Source of the DNA: an uncultured Actinomycetes bacterium
GTDB lineage: Bacteria; Actinomycetota; UBA4738; JACQTL01
Assembly (NCBI GenBank): GCA_963707645.1
Contig: CAVPQW010000005.1
Span: 427,309-491,308, forward strand
Direction of reading: 5' to 3'
Length of the DNA stretch: 64,000 nucleotides
Positions 27,725 through 36,990 of this stretch are shown one piece after another (position 1 is the stretch's first letter; every line of letters begins with the position of its first letter). Made by a program: the position numbers and the translations under genes. Under the pieces are notes generated by a model, which worked only from the letters and a program-made list of their open reading frames with translations, did no database searches and was not told the DNA's origin.

Positions 27725-28517
27725 GCACCGCGGCCGTCGGCGTGTTCGGGGGCTCGGGGTTCTACTCGTTCGTCGACGCCGTCGACGAGCTCAACGTCGA
27801 CACGCCGTACGGGCCGACATCAGCTCCGATCACGATCGGCGACGTCGGCGGGCAGCGGGTGGCGTTCCTGCCGCGGCATGGGCGTAAGCACGAGTTCCCG
27901 CCGCACATGATCCCGTACCGCGCGAACGTCTGGGCCATGAAGGAGCTCGGAGTGGAGCGGCTGTTCGCGCCGAACGCCGTCGGGTCCCTTCAGCTCCACA
28001 TCCCACCGGGGTCGTTCGTGATCTGCGACCAGCTCGTCGACCGGACCCGCGGCCGGGCGGACACGTTCTACGACGGGCCGGAGACGACGCACATCTCGTT
28101 CGCCGACCCGTACTGCCCGACGATGCGTTCGTCGGTCATCTCAGCGGGCCGGGACCAGGGCCTCGATCTCCACGAGACCGGGACCATCGTCGTGATCCAG
28201 GGGCCCCGGTTCTCGACCAGGGCCGAGTCCGCGTGGTTCCAGCGGCAGGGGTGGGAGGTCATCGGCATGACCCAGTTCCCCGAGGCGCCGCTCGCCCGGG
28301 AGCTCGAGCTGTGCTTCGCGAACATCTCGCTCGTCACCGACTACGACGTGGGCGTCGGCGACACGCCGCCGGTCACGCAACGACGAGGTCATCCGGGTGT
28401 TCAACGAAAACAACTCCCGGCTTCGCGACCTGCTGTTCGCCGCCGATCCCGGCGCTACAGGCCAAACGCGACTGCGCGTGCGCGACAGCGCTGTCGGGCG
28501 CCCGCTTCGAGCCGTAG
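27721..28517 (+). pseudogene. mtnP: S-methyl-5'-thioadenosine phosphorylase (MTAP), two apparent +1 frameshifts near the 3' end as sequenced
   Basis: 'VGVFGGSGFY', 'FLPRHGRKHEFPPHMIPYRANVWAMKELGV', 'VIQGPRFSTRAES', 'GMTQFPEAPLARELELCFANISLVTDYD'. It then continues 'DEVIRVFNENNSRLRDLLFAA' (next frame) and 'IPALQAKRDCACATALSGARFEP*' (next frame). The start is uncertain: CTG 27721 or GTG 27742. Confidence 0.85.
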
Positions 28518-28569
28518 CCGTCGCGGTCGGGCGGCCGTGCCCTTCGCGGCCGCGGGTACGATCGGGTCC

Positions 28570-28749
28570 ATGGCCGAACTGCAGCTCATCACCGTGGAAC
28601 TTCGATTCAAGACCCGCGACGACGACCCCGGACAGATCGCCGACCGCATCCAGGAATCCGCCGCCCTGATCGTGGGGCGGGACGCGCTCGAGGAGTTCCG
28701 GTGGCGCTCCATGCCCCTCGAGTCGAAGGACCGCCGCCGCGAACGGTGA
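28570..28749 (+). CDS. Small hypothetical protein (59 aa)
   Basis: ATG 28570. 'MAELQLITVELRFKTRDDDPGQIADRIQESAALIVGRDALEEFRWRSMPLESKDRRRER' has balanced composition, unlike the flanking junk frames. Confidence 0.5.
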   Translation: MAELQLITVELRFKTRDDDPGQIADRIQESAALIVGRDALEEFRWRSMPLESKDRRRER

Positions 28750-28912
28750 GGCGCATCGGCTCGCGCCGGACCTGTGACGAACTTCACTGACAGCGCCCCC
28801 CGGCAGGTCGCTAGGGTCCGCGCGCACCTCCTCCGTACACGACTGGCGTTTCCCGGCCGGTGCGACTGCACCGCTCGCCCGGGCCGGAACGCCCTGCTGA
28901 GAGGGGTGTCGA

Positions 28913-29564
28913 ATGGGGAGGAAGTGGTCACCCGCGTCGAAGGCGTCCGCCGCGCTCGCGGTGGTGTTCGGCTTCGCGGCGTTCCTGCTGGTCCACGGGT
29001 ACACGGAGCGCGTCCGCGCGCTGGCGCCGGCGCTCGGCGAGCCGGCGCCGGTGCTGGTCGCTGCGACCGACCTGCCGCGGGGCACCCGACTCACGCCGGA
29101 CTTGCTACGCCGGGTCACGGTGCCGTCGCGATTCGCCCCGCCGAAGGCGATGCGCGACCCGGACGCAGCGGCTGGCCGGGTGCTGCTGGCCGGCTTGGCG
29201 GAGGGCGAGGCGCTGACGACGACGCGCCTCGCGCCGGCGCACGCGGGTCCCATCGCCGCGCTCGTGCCCGAGGGCTTCCGTGCGGTCTCGGTTCCGGTCG
29301 AGCTCCCCGCCGGGTCGGTGCACCCGGGCGACCACGTCGACCTGCTGGCGACCTTCACCACTGGGCGGCACCACGTCGAGACGATCGCGTCGGGACTCGA
29401 GGTGCTGCTCGTCCTCGACTCGTCCGATCCGAGCGGCGGGATCGCCGACACGGGAGGTTCCGGCGTCCGGACTCTGATCATCCTGACGCACGCCGTCCCA
29501 GGCCGAGAGCCTGGCCTACGCGAAGGCGTTCGCCGCGATCTCCGTGCTCATCGACGGGCCATGA
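28913..29564 (+). pseudogene. cpaB: Flp-pilus-assembly CpaB/RcpC-like protein (TM + SAF + CpaB domain), one apparent +1 frameshift as sequenced
   Basis: 'ASAALAVVFGFAAFLLV' TM, 'VLVAATDLPRGTRLTPDLL' SAF-like, 'RAVSVPVELPAGSVHPGDHVDLLATF'. C-terminus 'QAESLAYAKAFAAISVLIDGP*' appears after a shift at ~29496-29500. Confidence 0.7.
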
Positions 29565-29642
29565 CCGGAGGTCATCTTCAGCCGGCATGCGCCGACGCGA
29601 TACAGAGGCGCGGAATCCCGGAGGCGGACGTCGAAGGCCCCG

Positions 29643-30107
29643 GTGCGTCGTAGCGTGCAAATGATCGTGGCCGGAGTGGCGGCCGGTCTCCTGACGCTTC
29701 TGGCAGGACTGGGGGGAACATGGCCGTTTCATTCGAGACCGGCGCCGGTTGAGCGATTCGACCATCCGTCGGCGTGGCAGTACTTCTTCAGCGACACGAC
29801 GACCCTCGGCTTCGTGCGGCTGGCCATCGTCGTGGCGAGCGTATTCATCATCGTGAGTGTCGTCGCGCTGCTCGTTGCAGGCCGATGGATGTCGGGGTTC
29901 GGCGGTCTGTCCGTGGATGAGAAGGAATCCAGCAGAGAGCGCGTCTCCTGGCTCGAGCACCGCTTGGAAGCTACCGAGGTGGAGCTCGAGAAGGCGATTG
30001 CGAAGCACAAGGAGGCGGAGGACTGGGCGAGCAGCCTGGCCGTGGAGCTCGATCGCGGAGGAATAGAATCGGAGCATCCACCAGAGGCGTCGGCTGCAGA
30101 GGACTGA
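29643..30107 (+). CDS. Two-TM membrane protein with C-terminal coiled coil, function unknown
   Basis: 'MIVAGVAAGLLTLLAGL' and 'FVRLAIVVASVFIIVSVVALLVA' helices, then 'RVSWLEHRLEATEVELEKAIAKHKEAEDWASSL'. Visibly lower GC than the surroundings. Confidence 0.55.
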   Translation: MRRSVQMIVAGVAAGLLTLLAGLGGTWPFHSRPAPVERFDHPSAWQYFFSDTTTLGFVRLAIVVASVFIIVSVVALLVAGRWMSGFGGLSVDEKESSRERVSWLEHRLEATEVELEKAIAKHKEAEDWASSLAVELDRGGIESEHPPEASAAED

Positions 30108-30112
30108 GGACG

Positions 30113-30268
30113 ATGGACCGGAAGACACTCGATGAGATCCGGGAGGCGCTCGCCAAACGCATTGCCGAGCGCGAGGCGGATCAAAAGCGCCTCGAAGAGC
30201 TGAAGGCTGCCAACGCCGAGGCAATCCGCGGCGCCGAGACCGTCAAGCGAATCCTCGAGCGAGCGTGA
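30113..30268 (+). CDS. Small (51 aa) coiled-coil protein, not in the supplied ORF track
   Basis: My own translation: ATG 30113 (gagga 5 nt upstream) 'MDRKTLDEIREALAKRIAEREADQKRLEELKAANAEAIRGAETVKRILERA', TGA 30266-30268. It starts 6 nt after the previous stop. Confidence 0.4.
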   Translation: MDRKTLDEIREALAKRIAEREADQKRLEELKAANAEAIRGAETVKRILERA

Positions 30269-30316
30269 GCTCGCGGAGCGCGGCTCGCCACCCATCGGGT
30301 GGTGCGCGGCCGGGGG

Positions 30317-30941
30317 TTATTGCGGGGTGCCGACGGCGAGGAACGGCAGTGCATGGACGGCCGCGCCGTCGTCGACGGATGCCTCGAGCGTGTAGGAACC
30401 GGGCTCCGGGATCTGCAGCGGAACGTTCATCGCCACCTGGAACAGTTGGCTCATCCCGTGGGGTGTTCCAGGAGGGCGGCCGACCTCGAACTCGCCTTCG
30501 GCACGGAACAGTTCCCGGTCGTGCGTCCGAGGTGAGGCCGCGGATCAGGAGGCGGTGGCGCCTGTTCGTCTCGGTCCACTGCACGCGAACCCCAACTGCG
30601 ATGGCCACCGGGAGCGTCGCCGGGTACTGGGCGAGCTGGAGACGGTCCCAGCCGCCGCCCATGACGTAGAGCTTCGCGCCGACGACCTGTGCGGCGTCGC
30701 ACAGGAGCAGGTACTCGATCGTCAGGCCTTCGATGACCTCGTCCCCGAGGCTCTGCCCATCGGGACCGGCCCCCATCGCGGGATCCGGGCCCGTTCCCGG
30801 ATCCGAGGCCGGGTCGGGACCCACCGGGGAGCCAGTCCGGGAATCCGTTTCGGAATCCGGGACCGCTTCGCCCTCCGACCCCGGTTCGGAATCCTCAGCG
30901 CCCGGCTCGGCGCCGGCGTCGTCGTCGGACGGGTCGCTCAC
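30317..30941 (-). pseudogene. Hypothetical protein with acidic low-complexity N-terminus and beta-rich C-domain, translationally coupled to pmbA; one apparent +1 frameshift
   Basis: GTG 30941 overlaps the pmbA stop (GTGA). '...LTIEYLLLCDAAQVVGAKLYVMGGGWDRLQLAQYPATLPVAIAVGVRVQWTETNRRHRLLIRGLTSDA' then, after a shift at ~30519-30525, 'DRELFRAEGEFEVGRPPGTPHGMSQLFQVAMNVPLQIPEPGSYTLEASVDDGAAVHALPFLAVGTPQ*' (TAA 30317-30319). Confidence 0.55.
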
Positions 30942-32279
30942 AGCCCTCCGATCGTCATCTCGCCAACCAGCACCGTCGGCGAACCGGTCGAGCCGAAGAA
31001 CCGGAGGTCGTTCCCCGTTGCCACGACGCCCTCGAGCATCTTGCGGAGGGTGCTCGCCACGGTCATCTCGCGGAGCGGCTCGGCCAGCTCGCCGCCTGAG
31101 ATCCGCAGGCCCGTCGCGCCGACCGAGAACTCGCCGGAGATCGGATTCGCGCCCGAGTGCACGCCGGAGACCTCCTGGATGTAGACGCCGCCCTCCGCCC
31201 GGCGGAGCAGCTCCCCCGGCGGGGACGTGCCCGGCGCGAGGAACAGGTTCGTCGTGGACACTCCGGGCGGGCTCCGGAACCCGGCCCGGCCGGCGTTCCC
31301 CGTCGACAGCGTGTTCCCCCGGTGCGCGGTGTGGGCGTTGTGAAGGAACCCCCCGAGGCGCCCGCGGTCGATGAGCGGCGTCCGCTGGCTCGGCACACCC
31401 TCGTCGTCGAACGGTGCGGCGCCGGGCCCGTCGAGCAGCCGGCCGTCGTCGACGAGGTTCACGGCGTCGGACCCGACCACCTCGCCGACCAGCGGCGCGA
31501 ACAGCGACCGGCCCTTCTGGACCGACTCCGCGGAGAGCGCGCCCGCCAGCACGCCGAGGAACGCCACCGCGGCGCCGGGATCCAGCACCACCGGATGCCA
31601 GCCCGAGGCCGGCTTCGGTCGCGCCGAGCAGCCGGGACGCGCGGGTGGCCGCCTCCTCGGCACAGGCCATCCAGTCGAGGTCACCGGGCTCGCGGGCCAA
31701 TCGGAACGCGAACCCCGTCTGCGTCTCGTCGCCCTCCTCGGCGAGCGTCGACGCCGAGCACCAGCAGTCCGTCCGCCGGTATTCGCCATGGAACCCGCGC
31801 GTCGAGGCGATGGCGATCCGGGAGATCGCGTCCGCGTACGAAACGTGTTCGGTCTTCCGGACCCGCGGGTCGATCCGCGTGGCCGCGACGTCGAGGTCGA
31901 GCGCCATCGACACCTTGCGCTCGGTCGGGGTGTCGACGAGCGCCTGCCGGTACAGCCCGTGGAGCGCCTCGGCCTGCTCGGGCGCCGGCAGGACGTTGTG
32001 CTCGTCCTCGGTGGCGAGCGCGGCGTTGTCGCGGGCCCGGCCCAGCGCCTCGACGACCTCGGCGGGCGTCGGATCTGCCGCCCACGCGTATCCCATGCGG
32101 CCGTCGGCGATCACCCGGATACCCACGCCGCGGCTCTCGGCGAACGTCACGGACTCGACGTCGCCGGCCCGGGCCCGGACCTCGGTGCGCCGAGACTCCT
32201 GGGCGTAGGCCTCGACGGCCTCGCCCTTCTGAGACGCGCGCAGCGCGGCCGCGGTGAGCTCGTGGAGGTCGGCGCTCAT
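30938..32279 (-). pseudogene. pmbA: Metalloprotease PmbA/TldE, one apparent +1 frameshift as sequenced
   Basis: N-part 'ESRGVGIRVIADGRMGYAWA...' (frame of 32279). C-part 'KPASGWHPVVLDPGAAVAFLG...GNAGRAGFRSPPGVSTTNLFLAPG...GANPISGEFSVGATGLRISGGE' (ORF 30938..31789). Junction ~31612-31620. Confidence 0.85.
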
Positions 32280-32301
32280 CGGGACCCTCGCCGTCGCGTC
32301 A

Positions 32302-33729
32302 TCAGCCCGTTCCTCCCACGGTCATCCGCGAGATCCGGAGCGTCGGGCTGCCGTTCCCCACGGGGACGCCCTGCCCCTCCTTGCCGCAGATCCCGTAGAA
32401 CACGTCGAAGTCGTCCGCGAGCGCGTCGATCCCCTGGAGGATCGCCCGTGCCGTTCCCGACGAGGTTGGCGCCGCGGACGGGCTTGGTGATCTCGCCGTT
32501 CTCGATCAGGTAGCCCTCGGTCACGCCGAACACGAAGTCGCCCGTCGCGGGGTTCACCTGGCCGCCGCCGAGCTTCTTCGCGTAGAACCCCTTCGGCGGT
32601 GTCGGCGACGACCTGGTCCGCCGTCGCCTCGCCGGCGAGGATGTACGTGTTGGTCATCCGGGGGATCGGCAGGTGCGCGTACGACTGCCGCCGCCCGTTC
32701 CCCGACGAGGGAACGCCGTCGCGTTCGGCCCGGATCCGGTCGTACATGTAGCCCTCCAGCACGCCCTCGGTGAACAGGACGGTGCGCTGGCTCGGCCACC
32801 CCTCGTCGTCGAACGAGAACGAACCCCATGCGTTGGGGACGGTCGCGTCGTCGACGCCGTTCAGCAGCGGCGTCGCCAGGAGCTCGCCGATCCGGCCGCG
32901 GTAGATCGAGGATTCCTTCTGGATGAGGTCGGCCTCGAGGCCGTGGCCGCAGGCCTCGTGGAACAGCACCCCGCCGCCGCCCGGGCCGATCACGACCGGC
33001 ATCTCGCCCGCGGGGGCCGGGACGCCGTCGAGCATGGCGACCGCCGACCGGGCGGCCTTCTCGGCCGTCTCCCGCGGCGGGAACTGGTCCACGTACTCGG
33101 TGCCGGCCACCAGCGCCGGCCCGTGGAACCCGGTCTGGATGACGCCGTCGCGCGACGCGACCACCTGCACCACCAGCCGGATGCGGGGCCGGTCCTCGCG
33201 CACCAGGCGGCCGTCGGTGGCCGCGATCATCACCCGCTGGAGGGAGTCGCCGTACCCGGCCACCACGCCGGTGACCGCGGGGTCGACGGCGCGCGCGGCC
33301 TCATCGGCCTCGCGCAGCCAGCGGACCTTCTCGTCGGGCGGCAGCAGCGACGCCGGGTGCTCGGCGACGTGGCGCACCTCCGGCTCGCGCCGCGTGAGGT
33401 CGACGACCTGCGGGCGGCTCGTCCTGCCGGACCGACGCCGCTGCGGCGGCAGCGACCTCGAGCAGCGAGTCGCGGTCGAGGCGGTTGGAGTAGGCGTAGC
33501 CGGTCGAGCCGCCCTGGACGACCCGCACGCCGGCGCCGCGGTCGAGCCCGGTGTCGAGCTCCTCGATCCGCCCGTCGTCGAGCCGGATGCCCACCGACGC
33601 TCGTTCCTCGACGAACAGCTCGGCGAACGACCCGCCGCGAGCGACCGCCGCCCGCAGCACCTCGCGCGCCAGATCCGGGTCGACGAGATCGTCGTCGGTG
33701 CGCTGAGGGGTCTCGTCGTCCGGGGTCAC
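32302..33729 (-). pseudogene. tldD: Metalloprotease TldD, three apparent +1 frameshifts as sequenced
   Basis: Segments 'GAGVRVVQGGSTGYAYSN' (33729 frame), 'GGGVLFHEACGHGLEADL' HExxxH (33377 frame), 'FYAKKLGGGQVNPATGDFVFGVTEGYLIENGEITKPVRGANLVGNG' (32557 frame), 'ILQGIDALADDFDVFYGICGKEGQGVPVGNGSPTLRISRMTVGGTG*'. Junctions ~33408-33413, 32587-32592 (C4 run) and 32444-32448. Confidence 0.9.
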
Positions 33730-33741
33730 GGAACGGCGATT

Positions 33742-35032
33742 CTATCGGCGGTCGCCGGCCGGGGGAGCCGGTGTCCGGTCCCGCCCGATCCGCCACGGGC
33801 CGAGGAACGGCACGAACGACGCCAGGATCGCGACCTGGATCAGCGGGTTCGGCTCCCATTCGTGCATCCCGACCAGCTGCGCCGCGAAGAGCGTCGCGGC
33901 GAACGCCAGGTACGCGTTGGGGCCGGCGCCGCGCCAGACCTGCAGCTCGCGCAGCCCCCACGTTGCGAGCGGGACCACGGCGATCAGTCCCAGCACCAGC
34001 AGCCGTTCCGTGTTGTAGGCGAACAGCAGCTGCACGTACACCAGCACGAGGAACGGCAGCATCCGCAGCGCGAACGACCGGGCCCGGGGGCTGCGGACGA
34101 GGCCGGTCACGGCCAGGACCGGCGCCACCAGCCCGAACGCCGACACCGTGCGCACGAGCGTCTCCGGCCAGTGGTGGAGCCGCTTGGCCACGGTGTGGTG
34201 GAGCACCGAGCCGTACGTGTAGTCGCGGATCGTGTTGTCGCGGATGACCCTCGGAAGTCCGGCCACGTAGGCGGGGTCCGCGTTCCGCTGCGGGATCCCC
34301 AGATGGATCGCGATCAGCACCGCCACCGCCGGGAGCGCCGCCCCGATCGATCGGACGGCGAGGGCGGGGTCCCATGCCCGCCGCGCCCGCAGCGTGTACG
34401 CGAGCGGGGCCACGAAGATCACGCTCTCCTTGGCCAGCACGCCGAACACCAGGCACACGGCGAACGCGACGTCCCGCCCGGACAGCGCGAGGAGCACCGC
34501 GACGGTCGCCAGCAGGAACGCCAGCGGATCGGTCAGCCAGAAGTCGAACAGCGTCCACTTGGTCGCGTAGCCCAGCGCGAAGTACACGAGCAGCCCGGCG
34601 ATCGCCATGGCCTGCTCGAACCCCAGCCGCCGCAGCAGCGCCCACACCGCCACGCCGGTTCCCCACACGCCGAGCAGCGAGACCACCTGGAACCCGGCCT
34701 GGGTCGAGAACGGCATCGCCCATACGAGCGCCGGCCCGAGGACGCCGCCAGTTGTACGGCGCGATGTGGAAGCCGAACGGCCCGTCCTGCGCCATCGCGA
34801 TGTACATGTGGTGGTCCCAGGCGAGGCCGAAGTAGGCCGTTCCCGGCGTGAGGTGGTCCGTCCGGAACCACAGCAGCGCCGTGCACACGGCCGCGAGCCC
34901 GGCCGCCGCCAGGACGTGCCGCCGGTCGAGGGGGCCGGGGTCGGCGACGAGCGGGCTGCGGCCGCGCGCATCCCCGGAAGCGGGGCGCGACCCTGCGTCA
35001 CGCTCGGCGGTCTCGGTCACGTCGTCCAGCAT
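33742..35032 (-). pseudogene. Polytopic membrane protein (possible GT-C-type glycosyltransferase/polymerase), one apparent +1 frameshift
   Basis: N-part 'MLDDVTETAERD...LAWDHHMYIAMAQDGPFGFHIAPYNWR' (35032 frame) joins 'VLGPALVWAMPFSTQAGFQVVSLLG...' (35001 frame) at ~34741-34750. About 10 TM helices. Confidence 0.65.
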
Positions 35033-35095
35033 GCGGAACCCGATCGCGGCGGGTCAACCGACCGGCCGCCGCTTCCCGGCGCGTAGCATTCGGCC

Positions 35096-36568
35096 GTGTC
35101 TCGGACCGGCGCGCGTGGATCGCGGATGGCCGTCGGGCTCGTCCTCGTCGCGCTGGCCCTGGCGGCGTTCTACCTCGCGCCGGTCGTCATCCGGGGCTAC
35201 CACTTCGCGATCGGCGCCGACGCGCCCGTCTACACGTGGTGGACGCGACTCGCGGGGCACGACGGGCTGTCCGCGATCGCGGCCCGTCCGGGCGTCCCGA
35301 CGCTCGCCCTCATGATCGGAGGAACGCTCAACCTGTCGACCACCGAGGCGGTCGAGGCGATCGGCGTCGCGCTGCCCGTCGCCACCGGCCTCGCCGCGTG
35401 CGGCCTGGCCGTGTTGGCCGCCGCGGGCGCGTCGGGAACCCGGCTCGGAGCGTCGTGGCCGCTCGCCGGGCTCTTCGCCGGGTGGTACGCGGCGAACCTC
35501 GCCAACGGCTACCTGGCGAGCCTGGCGGTGGCGGCGCTGTTCCTCGCTGCGCTCGCGGCGGTGGCGGCCCGCCGGCCGATCCCAGCGGCGATCCTCCTCG
35601 CCGCTGCCGCCCTGTGCCACGCGGCCTTCGCGGTGCTCGGAGGCGTCGTCCTGCTCGCAGGCGTCGCGTGGCACGCCTGGGCCACCCGCCGCGCCGGCGA
35701 CCGCGACCCGTTCGCGCGAACCGCGCTCGGCGCCCTCGCCGGGGGCGCCGCCGTTGCGGGGGTGGGGTTCCTCACGCTGATCGCGTGGGGCCCGGACCCG
35801 ATCAGGAACGCCGACACCTCGAAGGACGCGTTCCTCCGCCGGGCCGGCCTCACCGAACGCCTCCACGCTCTGTACCGGGACCGGCTCGGGTCGAACTGGA
35901 CGCGATCGCTTCCGTTCCTGTACGTGCCGCTCGCTGCCGTGGGCGCCGTGACCGAGCGCGACGCGAAGGGCGGCGCCGCGGCCTTCACGCGCCGCGTGCT
36001 CGTGGCCTGGGCGGGAATCGCCGCGATCGGCCTGGTCGCGGCCGCGGTCACCGGACTGCTCCCCTCCGAGCGGTTCCTGTCGTTCGCGTTCGCTCTGCCG
36101 GTGCTCGCGGCCGTTGCGGTTGCCTGGCTCTGGACGGCGGGCGGCGGTCGCACCTGGAGGCGGGTCCTCGCGGGGCTGGCGGTCGTCGCGATCGCCGTCG
36201 GGTCGGTGCTCGCGTGGCGGCACGCGGCGCAATTCTTCCGCGACGATGACATGGTCGCGGCCGAGCCGGTCTCCGCGATCGCAGGCGGACTGCCGCCGGG
36301 AACGCCGATAGTCGTGGTCGTCGACGAGGCCGGGCACGCCGGCCTCGATGTGCCGAGATGGGGGAACGAGCTCCGCAGCGCAGTGCCACCCGACCGCATT
36401 CGGGACGTCCACCTGTTCGTCGGCTCGCCGGGCGACTACCTGGCTCGGCGCCCGGCGCACACCGGCGACGAGCTCCGCGACCGGCTGTCGGAACGGTACC
36501 TGGCCGATCTCGAGGAGCGATCGCCGGCTCCGATCGGCGGCCCGTCGCCCTCGTCGTGCGCCCCATGA
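35096..36568 (+). CDS. Polytopic membrane protein with C-terminal soluble domain, function unknown
   Basis: Intact 490 aa, at least 9 hydrophobic helices. '...HFAIGADAPVYTWWTRLAGHDGLS...'. The stop overlaps the next start (ATGA 36565-36568). Confidence 0.65.
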   Translation: MSRTGARGSRMAVGLVLVALALAAFYLAPVVIRGYHFAIGADAPVYTWWTRLAGHDGLSAIAARPGVPTLALMIGGTLNLSTTEAVEAIGVALPVATGLAACGLAVLAAAGASGTRLGASWPLAGLFAGWYAANLANGYLASLAVAALFLAALAAVAARRPIPAAILLAAAALCHAAFAVLGGVVLLAGVAWHAWATRRAGDRDPFARTALGALAGGAAVAGVGFLTLIAWGPDPIRNADTSKDAFLRRAGLTERLHALYRDRLGSNWTRSLPFLYVPLAAVGAVTERDAKGGAAAFTRRVLVAWAGIAAIGLVAAAVTGLLPSERFLSFAFALPVLAAVAVAWLWTAGGGRTWRRVLAGLAVVAIAVGSVLAWRHAAQFFRDDDMVAAEPVSAIAGGLPPGTPIVVVVDEAGHAGLDVPRWGNELRSAVPPDRIRDVHLFVGSPGDYLARRPAHTGDELRDRLSERYLADLEERSPAPIGGPSPSSCAP

Positions 36569-36990
36569 ATGAGGCCGGATTCGACGAGGCGGTGGAGCAG
36601 GGCGAGCCCGTGACCCGGGATGTCGTGGTGCTCTCCGACCCGGACGACGTCCTGGCGCCCATCCCGCGCGGCTTGCAGCAGCCCGACGAGCTGCTCCGGC
36701 CCGTCTCGCCCTGGTGCATCGTGCTCGCGTCCCTGGGCGCCGTCCTGCTGCTCGGCCTGGTCGGCCTCGGGTGGTCGCAGGCGCTCGTCACGCGAAGTCA
36801 TGCCGCGTTCGCCCTGGCGCCCGCGATGGGCGCGGCGGTCCTGCTGCTCGCGGGCCTGGTGGTCGACCGGGTCGGGATCCGCCTGACGGGGTTCGTTCCG
36901 CTCCTTGGCTCAGCCGCGGTCGGCGTCGGCGGGTACGCGCTCGGGTTCCGGCGCGGGAGGGTCGAGCAGGAGCCGGTCCTCGATCGGTAG
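36565..36990 (+). CDS. Membrane protein (141 aa), translationally coupled to the preceding gene
   Basis: ATG 36565. 'MNEAGFDEAVEQGEPVTRDVVVLSD...' then three TM helices. The 3' end overlaps the convergent gene by ~80 nt, so the end is uncertain. Confidence 0.5.
   Translation: MNEAGFDEAVEQGEPVTRDVVVLSDPDDVLAPIPRGLQQPDELLRPVSPWCIVLASLGAVLLLGLVGLGWSQALVTRSHAAFALAPAMGAAVLLLAGLVVDRVGIRLTGFVPLLGSAAVGVGGYALGFRRGRVEQEPVLDR

Noticed and set aside
28913-29564. Tad/Flp pilus locus inferred from cpaB.
   Set aside because: None of the obligatory partners (CpaF/TadA ATPase, TadB/C, CpaE/TadZ, prepilin peptidase, Flp pilin) is present in the window. I report only an orphan CpaB-like gene.
36540-36570. A further frameshift joining 35096..36568 to the 36358..36990 frame ('...APIGGP' to 'VALVVRPMNEAGF...').
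   Set aside because: The junction is a classic ATGA stop/start overlap (ATG 36565, TGA 36566-36568), so two coupled genes explain it without invoking an error. A fusion cannot be fully excluded.
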